A stretch of 55,299 nucleotides of DNA, the filler included, from Squatina squatina (lineage: Eukaryota), in NCBI GenBank assembly GCA_031763465.1. It is 4 parts of 4 records of this genome, joined end to end, with 100 filler letters (N's around TTAATTAATTAA, not from the genome) between each part and the next. Parts side by side here need not be neighbours in the genome. Positions count along the whole stretch, not along the records: positions 28,338 to 41,577 come from JARFOE010000192.1; positions 41,678 to 55,299 come from JARFOE010000057.1; 2 more parts are not named here. One strand, given 5' to 3'. A model generated the notes under the pieces. That model was not told where the DNA came from and ran no database searches. It worked only from the letters and a program-made list of their open reading frames with translations. Made by a program: the position numbers and the translations under genes. Below are positions 37,210 through 48,101 of the stretch, in pieces (within the stretch, counting starts at the first letter, position 1; the number at the start of each line of letters is the position of its first letter).

Positions 37210-40200
37210 GTGAGTGTTCTGACATTCTATCAACGGTTAGTTGGACAGTATTCTGGCCTTATCCTACATTTAAAAAAAGAATTACAGTTTTACTTCGTAC
37301 CTTTTTAATCTGTCAGTACAATCAAAATCATCGGTGAAAAATAAAGCACATTTCCGTTGTTTGGGAATGTTGGTTGTGATGTATTGTGTTGCAACATCTT
37401 TTAGATACAAAAGAACTTAAACCTTAATACAAAACAAATTTCCAACAATTGAATGAAATGTAAAGCTCGCGTCTAGAAGAATATTGGTGAAACTTACCAG
37501 ATAATACAACAGAAACATTAAAGGTGTAAGTTTGTTGAGTTGAAAAAGAAATGCAAAAAATGCTGGAAATACAAAGCAGGTCCGTCGGCATCTGGAAAGA
37601 AAAAAATTTAAGTTAACTGTTTTGACGAAGGGGTACGCNNNNNNNNNNNNNNNNNNNNNNNNNNNNNNNNNNNNNNNNNNNNNNNNNNNNNNNNNNNNNN
37701 NNNNNNNNNNNNNNNNNNNNNNNNNNNNNNNNNNNNNNCCTTTGTTTCACATGTATCCCCTTGTCATTCTTTTTTTGTTTATATGCTCTTTTTGTTATCT
37801 CCCTCCCTTTGTTAGCTGCTTAAAAATCCTTTAGCTAGTGGGCAGATGGATTGTGGCTCCCTCCCATTAGTTGAACAGGAATAGTGTGTGTCTTCACAGT
37901 GGAATGCACTTTCCTGTGGGTAAGACTGAGAACTGATAGAATTTAACATATGTTGTTGGACTCCAGAGCAATCCACCATTGAGGTTTAAATGCACAACTG
38001 CAACAGCAAGTCGTAATTACTTTTATGCCAAACTGGTTTTAAATCTACACCTAGAATTTTCCAGATTATCCATTGTTTATGTTGTGTTAATGCCCACTCC
38101 CGTGTAACCTTGTGTTTTGACCTTTGAGGCTGTAAGATATAGTGTGCCTTACAGTGCAATTTAAAATTAGCACATCTTTGACCCTTATAAATGCACATTT
38201 AGCAGCTTAGGCATCTATGTTATTAATGCTCCATTTATTGCCTGAAGCCCCAAGACTCCCACTGTGCNNNNNNNNNNNNNNNNNNNNNNNNNNNNNNNNN
38301 NNNNNNNNNNNNNNNNNNNNNNNNNNNNNNTAATGAAGTGGCAGAGTGGGTGCTGGGATGGAACAACCTTTTCCCTGATGTAATGGATATGCTAATTAGG
38401 TAGCTATGAGCTTCATAGCAGTTAAACAAATTTCTATTTTTCATTCACAGGCCAGGGAGCAAGCAGGTGTATTACTGATAAATGAATGTTATGCCAAATT
38501 AAGGGCCCGTTTTACAGATGGTGGAGAGAATAGATTGGAAAATGAGAATCTCATTGGGTGGTACAGATGCTGTTAGAATTAAATTACATTTCATTTCCAC
38601 TTTCCCTTAAACCATGAGATTGTCTATAGCCTTCCCTACTACTGCGTACATTAAGCCACTTAATTACAACTTTTGGAATATTTGGCTTCAGCTAAATGTA
38701 CACAGTTAATTTATTTATATTTTGTTGCTAACTTTTTAGGCTGTCGATGTAGTTTGAAAACAAATTTTCACTCTTGAATGATTAAACCTGATTTTGTTTC
38801 AGCGCATCAAGCAAAATAGTTAACATTTTTACTTGCGTAATACAAGAAGTAGNNNNNNNNNNNNNNNNNNNNNNNNNNNNNNNNNNNNNNNNNNNNNNNN
38901 NNNNNNNNNNNNNNNNNNNNNNNNNNNNNNNNNNNNNNNNNNNNNNNNNNNNCAAGTGGCAACCTGTATTCACCTCTGAGTTTGTTTTGTTTTGCCCAGC
39001 AGGCAGTAGGCACACTGAGTTGAAACATTTAATGAGGAAATCTTGCAAGGTAATTGGCAATTTCAGTATTAATGCAATGCTTAGTTTTCCTTTTGATTGA
39101 AGCCACCATGATTAACAGCTGTGTTTACTCAGTGTGAGGGGATCAAATAAGGCTTTGGAGAGCTACAATCTGTGTGACACTAATTGCTAAATTGCAGAAG
39201 AGTGGCACAGGCATGTGATGACTTTGCAGTACTTCCAATGCAGTTGACTGAACAATGATCAAAATGATTTTTGTCTTTGGAGGCCTTCACACTTGTTTTA
39301 CTTTACAAAGATGCTGTGGTATTTTGGAAAATTCACACGTCATTATAAGGAAAAAAAGTATGGTGTGATAGCNNNNNNNNNNGTGCTTCTGATGTGGAAA
39401 ATATTTGGAAATTCTTCCTGTCATGGATGATTAATTGAGATCATTTTAAGTGTGTTAGTGTATGAGAGAGTATATTATCTCTGTGGAATCAGTCACTGTG
39501 AAGGGCATCTCTGACACTACCTTATCTCACTTTCCCTCTCTAAATCTCCCTGTCTACATTCCCTCTCGCTACCTTTTATCTCTAAAAACATCATCCCTGC
39601 TCAGTCTCCAGTACACTTTCTATCTCCTAATTCATACTCCAGCCCTCAGCCCACAGCAACAATGCTGCTGCTGTTGACCACCTCATTAGCTCCTGCCTTT
39701 AGTGCCCTATTTCCCTCTGAGCCACTCATAGTCTCGCAACCTCATATTTCCCCCAGTACAGCTTCTACCTCCACACAAGTCCAAAGGATGCAGATTTGAG
39801 TGCATCTGGTGTATGACCAGCCGGGTCGTCCACCAGCAGACCTGGCAGGACTGCCCCAGTAAATACTGTGGGCGTGGAATTCAACCTGATAGAAATCAGG
39901 CGTGTCAAAAATATGGTTGTGCAAACAAAATTGTAATGTGAATAATACAGCGCATCAAGTCTTTTGAAAATACCTGTGCAGAAAGTTTAAAACAAATCAA
40001 AATGCTGTGTTTACGTAAAATGTCTCTTCAGTTGGTGCTGGAGTAATTAAATGAGTGCTTGGAATGTGCTCCAAGCAACCATCTGTTATTTTCCAAGTTA
40101 GGATTCCAATTTTGTTATGTATCTTGAAGTGAATCAACTAGGCTNNNNNNNNNNNNNNNNNNNNNNNNNNNNNNNNNNNNNNNNNNNNNNNNNNNNNNNN

Positions 40201-41327
40201 NNNNNNNNNNNNNNNNNNNNNNNNNNNNNNNNNNNNNNNNNNNNAAGCAAAGATAAATAGGATATATTTTTCTGCAGAGAGCCGAGAGTGGATGTGTCTG
40301 TGATGATCAATGGACAGATTTACCAGTGTGATAGATTAGTGGACCGGAGAAAACCTTACTTGTGACACATACTGATAGCACAGCCAGGAGTCTTCAGATA
40401 TTATTCTTATACTTTTCAATTCATGTGAACCCTTAAAATAACCAGTTCTAATGTCAGCTGAAGGGTTCTATCCTTTCAAAAGATGAAGTGTGTCTCCCTG
40501 CAGTGTAGTCATGGTAACAGTTCAGGAAACAGGGAGTAAAGTTANNNNNNNNNNCTACACATGCTGTGCTGATTAATCTCATCCTATTGCTACCTGTAGC
40601 CAGGTGTTTTGTTTTGAAGAATATCCTGTATTCTCCTCTTGCATGTTCGTACGAAGATATGAACACTTAGAAGTATTCGGGTCTATGTCTAGAAATATTA
40701 ATGCAGTTGAAATGTGCAAGAGCTTACATTCTGCATGGTGATATGATTTAAGTTAAGAGTTCAAAGGAGTACCTTAAAGGTTGGAAATCCTCAAAGGGGA
40801 AAATGCTGTTTCTGAATCATTCTTTGACCTTCAGACATTTTTTGATGTTATATGTCAGGCCCCAAAGCAGGATTTCATATTCTGCAATTATTGATTACAG
40901 TTGAGTGCTGTAGCAGTGAACTATTATCCAAAGGTTGCAGAAGTGACTTAGATTGAGAAGCTGAGGGCAGAATTGGACATTCAAAGCCTGGTCTGCCACC
41001 TAGGTATCAATCATTAGTTCCAGGTCTTCAGGTTTTTTAAATGTTATTTTATATGTATTGATATACCCTTACAGGAAATATATTTGTGAAATGGAAATCT
41101 TTGATTCATCTCGAGCAGACTGCAGCCTATTATTTATATGTCTGTGAAGAGTAGTTTTTGTTTTGTTACTTGTTGATGTTACATAATGGATATTACCCTC
41201 TGATGGCAGCTATGGAGCAACGTTAAAAACTATTATTCCAAACATCCTGACAATTCAGTCAATGATCCAAGGGTGTAGTAATCTGCACAGCATTCCAACA
41301 TTTTGGGAATGTGATACAAAGGATATT

Positions 41328-41577
41328 GTAGTGTATTGGTTATGTTACTAGAATAATGATCAGAGACATGGACTAGTAATCCAGAAAACATGAGATCAAA
41401 TCCCACCATGGCAATTTGAGAATTTGAATCCAGTTTTTTAAATCTGGAAAAAAAAACTAGTATCAGTAATAATAGTGTACAATAAACTATCTGATTGTCT
41501 TAAAAACACAACTGATTCATGAATGTTCTTTAGGGAAGGAAACCTGCTGTCTTTGCCTGGCCTGGACTATATATGAC
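41328..41577 (+). mobile_element. tRNA-derived SINE-like element (decayed)
   Basis: Degenerate Pol III A/B-box-like head (GTAGTGTATTGGTTA..., GAGATCAAATCCCACCA) and a body TTTAGGGAAGGAAACCTGCTGTC that I recall from shark SINEs. Confidence 0.6.
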
Positions 41578-41677
41578 NNNNNNNNNNNNNNNNNNNNNNN
41601 NNNNNNNNNNNNNNNNNNNNNTTAATTAATTAANNNNNNNNNNNNNNNNNNNNNNNNNNNNNNNNNNNNNNNNNNNN
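41578..41677. other. Artificial scaffold spacer (44 N + TTAATTAATTAA + 44 N)
   Basis: The 12-mer lies at 41622-41633, flanked by 44 N on each side. Confidence 0.95.
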
Positions 41678-42413
41678 TCCCTAAGGACCTGGATACAGTA
41701 CTGCAAGAAGTTTAATGACCTCAAACAAGTGGTCAAGGTCAGTGAATGCAAATACCATATCCTACCAACTGCACCACTAGCTTCACCCTCTGTTCAATTC
41801 ACCACACTCCATTACTCACATACCAACAATCTCTATCAATCAATCTCTATCAATCAAGACTCATACCTAACATTCATATGCTTCACTTCACCCTCACAAA
41901 ATCAGCACTGTGTCAAGGTCACACTCACATCTCACATCTGGAGGAGACGGTGCTGGCCATTAACGGAACGGCCATTCTGGCTGTGGCCAGGGGCCGGGTT
42001 GAATGCTTTGAAGATGATGGTATTCTCATACGAATCCTCCTTTTAACATCTCACTTCCCCATCATCCCACAATCTCTTTCGACTGAGAAGCTGCAGATGG
42101 AGTAACCTTGCACTTCCCCCTCCCCCCTCACAACAACCTTATCCTTGTCCCTTTTTCCGTTCAGATATCCAAGAACTACAGACTGGCCAGGCAGTGGAGG
42201 AAGACCAAGAAGAAAGTGATGATGAGGGCACACCATCACTTGATTTCATATTCGCAACTATCAGCTCAGATACTGACACTGAGTGTATCTTAGAGGATAG
42301 CATAGAGGCGGGATCCGCACATGATGAGACACTGCAGCCAGGCCAGGGGGAAAGGGTCGCGCAGGCGCCATCTCACTGGAGGGCAAGGTCACACATGAGT
42401 TCTGCTGCAGAGG
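41678..42413 (+). mobile_element. Harbinger element remnant carrying a spliced Myb/SANT-like accessory gene
   Basis: KKFNDLKQVVK|gtcagt ends at 41737. EETVLAINGT..FEDD G|gt ends at 42019 and is phase-compatible with ag|AT ATC CAA at 42165, opening an acidic exon IQELQTGQAVEEDQEESDDEGTPSLD. Confidence 0.65.
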
Positions 42414-43140
42414 NNNNNNNNNNNNNNNNNNNNNNNNNNNNNNNNNNNNNNNNNNNNNNNNNNNNNNNNNNNNNNNNNNNNNNNNNNNNNNNNNNNNNNN
42501 NNNNNNNNNNNNNGCTGGGATGGTGGAAGTACAGATCACCAGTGTATTTCCGCTTGGCTTGATAAAAAGCAGTATTTGTAGAAATCTAGGAACAGGTTTC
42601 CCATCTGCTTTCCTGCCCAGCGCATGTTGCATGGGAAAGACTCAACCAAGAAAGTTTGAAAATAAGGCAAAAATTAGCAATACCGATGCATCAATCTCTG
42701 ATTGCGGTTGAATTGCAATTTGTCCTGAAAACAGATCCAATTTTTTTTTTTAATAGTTCTGTTTTTGCACATTGTCTAGAACTTACAGAATCACCAGATA
42801 TTATTAGGAGCACTACAAGTGCTGGTCAATAGTTTTACTGCAATTAGATTCCCCATTTTCTTTCAACAATATCCTCTGTTGGGAGTAAACCTATTAAAAT
42901 TCCTTGGGGTCAATTCATTTTAATTTTTTTAAAGGATTGAAGGGATGACCAGGGCCCTCATAGCCATTGGCATACCCTTTCTCCGCAGTTAGAATGTTGT
43001 TAAGTACGGACTATAAAATCAAGTGTTTGGACTTCGAATTCTTTTAGAGTTTTAGGGCTTGCAAAATCGATGGAATGCTTGATTTCCTTCCATTTTTCCT
43101 CTACAATGTGTTGTGTCATGATTATCCATATTAAACTGCA

Positions 43141-43450
43141 TCATAGAATTGAAAATCATAGAATGCCACAGCATAGAAGCAGGGACTCCTCCCTCCCTCA
43201 CCTGCCGCCCCCATCTGCACCAGTGTTTTTCTTCACGAGCCACCCACTCTAATTCTGCTCTCATGTTCCCTTCCTCATTTTAATATTCCGCTCTTTCAAG
43301 CAACTTTCCAATTCCCTTTTTCAAGAATTGACAGACTTTGCTTCAACAATAATTTGTGGCGTAGAATTCCGCATTCTCACCATCCTCTGGGGAAAGATTT
43401 ATTTTATGACCTCCCCTTTAATTATTTTTCTGGTCATCTTAAACGTTGCG
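43141..43450 (-). mobile_element. Old CR1-like LINE 3' end
   Basis: CATAGAAT tandem tail and a CGCATTCTCACCATCCTCTGGG..ATGACCTCCCCT pattern shared with the other CR1 ends. Confidence 0.6.
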
Positions 43451-45622
43451 CCCTCTCATTACTATAGTACTTGGGGAAGTACTGAAGGGCAGTGGGAATG
43501 CATGGACATTGGTGCCCCTGAATACTCCTCAGCATGGCTGTCATTTCCTCCTATTGAACTAAGCTTCACAGACCAGGAAAGCCCCAAATTCTACTCCTGG
43601 TCTGTGCTGAATTAGTTGATCTCAACAGGGCAGTGTTAGTGCAGGCTACAACAGGCCCAAGTGCCCTAGATCAGAACTCCTGCTTCTGATCAATGTCTTC
43701 AGGAGAGGGTGGGAGAATTGGCAACATGAAAAAGAAAAGAATAAAAGATAAGTTTCTCTTTTAATTGTGAAACGCATGAAAGAGGGAAATTGTCAAATGA
43801 TCATTACAAATTGGTGTGTAGTGGCCACTATTCTGCAGGAGGGAGTTAATACAAAGCATCATGAGGCCACTTTGGAGAGACACTTTGAATCAATGCTTCC
43901 ATCAAACAACAGATTTTGTTCAGTGCTGCAGTTTGTAATAAGCAGCTCGACCTTCCACTGACAGCAGGGCTCGCTCTGTTCTCTCTCAGAGCAGATAATC
44001 AGACCTCACTGACCTCAAGCCTTTACCTCTCTCCTCCACACACTGACCTATTAATGCACAACTTGTCAGAAGTCAAAGANNNNNNNNNNNNNNNNNNNNN
44101 NNNNNNNNNNNNNNNNNNNNNNNNNNNNNNNNNNNNNNNNNNNNNNNNNNNNNNNNNNNNNNNNNNNNNNNNNNNNNNNTATGTTAATGAATTTGCATTT
44201 TGAATGCTGGCTTTGCAGCACCGATAGCCACGACTGTCAATGTGGAAAGAAGCTTAATCCCAGTCCTTGCATCCAATGGCCTCACTCCTTCACCAATCTT
44301 GACAAATAATTGCACAGATCCCAGTCTCCGTCGGTTAAAGTAAGCTCTGTTATCATGAAACTTTTTCGAGAATGAAAAGTTTCAAAAGTTGGATAAAATT
44401 TGCTCCAGATATAGTGCAGTTCCTGATGCAATTAAACCGGAGGTGTTTGAGTTATTGTGCTACAGACATACACTGACAGATTAATTGGGACAAGAAGAAT
44501 GAGTACTGAGAAGGCATTGAACTAGCACAAGAATAGAGTCAAATCAGGGGCTGATTATGTTGAGATGTATACACTGTGGGCACAATACTGCAAGGAAAGT
44601 TGCAACTTCAGGGGAGCTCACACAATTTATCTGTGTAAAGACTGGAAAATATGGAGTGTACCTGTCTCCAGCCTCCCGAGTGAGGAAGATAGAATGATCT
44701 AGCTATGTTGATATTTTCTTCTATCTAGGTTGGTGACAAGTGCACCAAATACGTCAGAGATACCAGCACCTGCAGTTACACCTGCCCATGTTATCAACTA
44801 TCTAGCATAGAATAGAATAGAATAGTAATTATGTCAAACACAATTGCATTAAATAGAGTTCCAGTGTACAAGGGTTTCTGGTTCAAAGAATCTTTGATAT
44901 GCTCGAGGTTGAATCAGGCTGCCACAACACTTTGCGAAACGTTTGTGATAGTTAGAAGATTGAATTTTCATTTATAAACAAGGCATAATATCACAACGTT
45001 ACCTTAATAATTATTACATTTTGATGAAGCAACTCAGTTTGCACCAATTAAACTGCTTTTTAAAAAGCCGAGTAAATAACTGCGGCTTGTCTCTCAAGAT
45101 CAAGCCCTCTTGGTTTGATTCTTTTCCAAGAATAAAGCAAATAAATCTGATTATAAATTTTGTCTCACGCTTGAGACGGTCTACACTAGCTAGTTAAATG
45201 ATCAACTTAAGCAATACAGCAAATNNNNNNNNNNNNNNNNNNNNNNNNNNNNNNNNNNNNNNNNNNNNNNNNNNNNNNNNNNNNNNNNNNNNNNNNNNNN
45301 NNNNNNNNNNNNNNNNNNNNNNNNNNNNNNNNNNNNNNNNNNNNNNNNNNNNNNNNNNNNNNNNNNNNNNNNNNNNNNNNNNNNNNNNNNNNNNNNNNNN
45401 NNNNNNNNNNNNNNNNNNNNNNNNNNNNNNNNNNNNNNNNNNNNNNNNNNNNNNNNNNNNNNNNNNNNNNNNNNNNNNNNNNNNNNNNNNNNNNNNNNNN
45501 NNNNNNNNNNNNNNNNNNNNNNNNNNNNNNNNNNNNNNNNNNNNNNNNNNNNNNNNNNNNNNNNNNNNNNNNNNNNNNNNNNNNNNNNNNNNNNNNNNNN
45601 NNNNNNNNNNNNNNNNNNNNNN

Positions 45623-45799
45623 TAAATATCGGCCAGCACACCGAGGTTAACTCCCCTGCGCTTTTTCGAAATAGTGCCATGGCATCTTTTACGTCCGTCT
45701 GAGACAGCAGGTTTAACGTCTCATTCGAAAGACAAGACCTGAATCCACAACCTCATGACTCAGAGGCGAGTGTGCTACCCACTGATCCAGAGCTGACAC
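45623..45799 (-). mobile_element. DeuSINE-like element (SacSINE1/AmnSINE1 superfamily), internally deleted
   Basis: Minus strand contains GTCTTTCGAATGAGACGTTAAACC..GACGTAAAAGATGCCATGGCACTATTTCGAA, matching my recollection of the Deu domain, preceded by a tRNA-like head. Confidence 0.7.
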
Positions 45800-46255
45800 T
45801 CTGAGTGTTAGAGACCTTTTCAGCTTTAGATGCACACATTATTTCTCTCAATGTAACAAAGATTTTCCAGACCCTAAGTTTTTTTTAAAAATAATAATTC
45901 TTCCTTTTCTCTCTCCTTACCCCTCTTGAGAGCAGTGACTCGTATATGGGGAAGGCTCCTTGGGTGTTGGCAGCCCCTGGTATCTCACCCAGTTTGTCAT
46001 TCCTTCCATGTACATGTCGGTGGTAAATATTCACCAGGTATTTGAGCAAGAGGCTCATCACAATGAACCTGATACTCTCTCCACCTGTTGTCCCACATAC
46101 TGGATTTTGTGCAGTAGTCTCCTTGCAAAATGATGCAACCGCCACTTTACCTGAAGACTCAACCTTCAAATTGACAAGAGATTCTTCTGTGTGTTTTTCA
46201 GAGTGAGACTGAAAACAGACCTGATCCATGATCAACTTGGAAAGATCCTGCTGCA

Positions 46256-46357
46256 ATGAGATGCTACTGGAAACGATCAGTAACTACTGTTGGTTCCTGC
46301 CTGTTTCTTTGTCTTTTCATGTACCTCTGTACGAGGGATGAGGAAGGGAGTGTGTTG
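46256..46357 (+). CDS. MGAT4C-like glycosyltransferase, first coding exon (type II signal anchor)
   Basis: Acceptor at 46201, in-frame upstream stop, then MRCYWKRSVTTVGSCLFLCLFMYLCTRDEEGSVL|gtgagt. Resembles MGAT4C MRCLRKRS..LFMNLYIEDSYVL. The linking phase 0-1 exon was not found and may fall in the gap at 46683-46782. Confidence 0.8.
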
Positions 46358-46563
46358 GTGAGTATTCTAGGTGGCACAATTTGAACAAAGCCCAGTTTGC
46401 ACCCATTCTTGGAGAGTTTTGATGGTTGCCTGTCAGAAGTGATTGAGTTACCCTGTTTCACAACAAGTGAAGGTGGGGATTGTTCAAACGCATTCAATTT
46501 GACAACTCACACCTTCCCCTACAACTGGTCATTGTATAGCAGGCTGGCTGCACACTGCCATTG

Positions 46564-46682
46564 AACATAAGAATTAAGAGCAGGAGCAGGCCATACAGCC
46601 CTTCGAGCTGACAATGGTTGCTCTTCAACCTTAACTCCACTTACCCGTATCCATATCCCTTGATTCCCCGAGAGTCCAAAAA
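46564..46682 (-). mobile_element. CR1-like LINE/SINE 3' end
   Basis: AACATAAGAATTAAGAGCAGGAGCAGGCCATACAGCCCTTCGAGC..CCATATCCCTTGATTCCC is the reverse complement of a CR1 tail. Confidence 0.75.
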
Positions 46683-47055
46683 NNNNNNNNNNNNNNNNNN
46701 NNNNNNNNNNNNNNNNNNNNNNNNNNNNNNNNNNNNNNNNNNNNNNNNNNNNNNNNNNNNNNNNNNNNNNNNNNNNNNNNNNTAATGGAAGAAAATACTA
46801 TAGCTATACAGCGCAGCGGTTCACACTGAGATTGTCTATCTCACACCCAGGCATCACCTCGTATCCAAACTCACCCATATGGAAGCTGCACGGATCCAGT
46901 TCTTTTTTTTGTAGAAAGCCAGTTTGAATGCACCATCTTAAATTGCTGAATGGAATAGAAGCAGTTTTGAGTGATTTTACTTTGGAATTTTAAAATCATC
47001 TCTTTAGATTTTTGTCAATTATATAAATGTGTTTCTGTTTCTCCACGATTTACAG

Positions 47056-48101
47056 AATATCTTGCAGTAGGACTGTCTTCAGTGAAACGAAAGCGAGGGA
47101 ATTACCTTCTTGAAACACTTAAGTCCATATTCGAACAATCCACTAATGAAGAGCTCAAGGATATGGTGGTGGTCGTACACTTGGCAGACTTTGACATGGT
47201 GTGGAATGCGCAAGTGGTTCGGGACATCTCCAGAAAATTTGCTCACCATATAATCTCAGGCCACTTGATCATTGTTCATGCCCCCAAGCTATATTACCCA
47301 CCTCTAAAAGGTCTGAAACGAAATTATAATGACCCAGCTGATCGCGTGACTTTCAGGTCAAAACAAAATGTGGACTATGCATTCCTGCTCAATTTCTGTG
47401 CAAATTTATCAGATTATTACTTGATGCTAGAAGACGATGTTCAATGTGCCCGCTCATTCTTAACTGCAATTAAGAAAGTCCTTGCTTCAAAAGAGGGCTC
47501 CTACTGGGTGACATTGGAGTTTTCCAAGCTGGGTTATATTGGAAAACNNNNNNNNNNNNNNNNNNNNNNNNNNNNNNNNNNNNNNNNNNNNNNNNNNNAC
47601 CAAGAGATGCCGTGTGACTGGTTACTAAGTCATTTCCGAGGCCTTCTCACCCAAAAAGATGTCATCCGCTTTAAGCCTTCCCTGTTTCAACACATTGGGT
47701 ATTATTCCTCTTTCAGAGGGACAGAAAATAGGTTAAAGGATGACGACTTTGAAGAGGATTCCTTTGATGTTCCTGACAACCCGCCAGCGGCAATCTATAC
47801 CAGTCTCAAAGTATTTGAAAACTATAACCCCAGCAAAGCCTACAGTAACAGCGATGAGTACTTTTGGGGAAAATCGCCCTCCACTGGAGACACTTTCACT
47901 ATTGTATTTGTAAAGCCAATGAACATTACCAGAATCCACGTAGTCACTGGTTCAGAGGATAGGCATAATGATATTCTCCATTCTGGGGTCCTTGAAATTG
48001 GGAAGAAACCAAAATTGACACAGAATGGGAAAGATTGCACAGAATCAGGTAATAATGAAGAGATCAAGAAGAAGAGAGGGATCAAGAATTGCAAATTATA
48101 A
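47056..48101 (+). CDS. MGAT4C: MGAT4C-like alpha-1,3-mannosyl-glycoprotein 4-beta-GlcNAc-transferase (GT54), large catalytic exon
   Basis: Acceptor tttacag at 47055. Motifs [42 protein letters not shown] and [11 protein letters not shown] closely match MGAT4C. The 51-N gap preserves frame. Recognisable similarity ends near 48045. It could be a paralogue rather than the orthologue. Confidence 0.9.

Noticed and set aside
44730-44812. Strong acceptor upstream of the MGAT4C-like gene
   Set aside because: No matching donor and no recognisable peptide; at most an untranslated exon.
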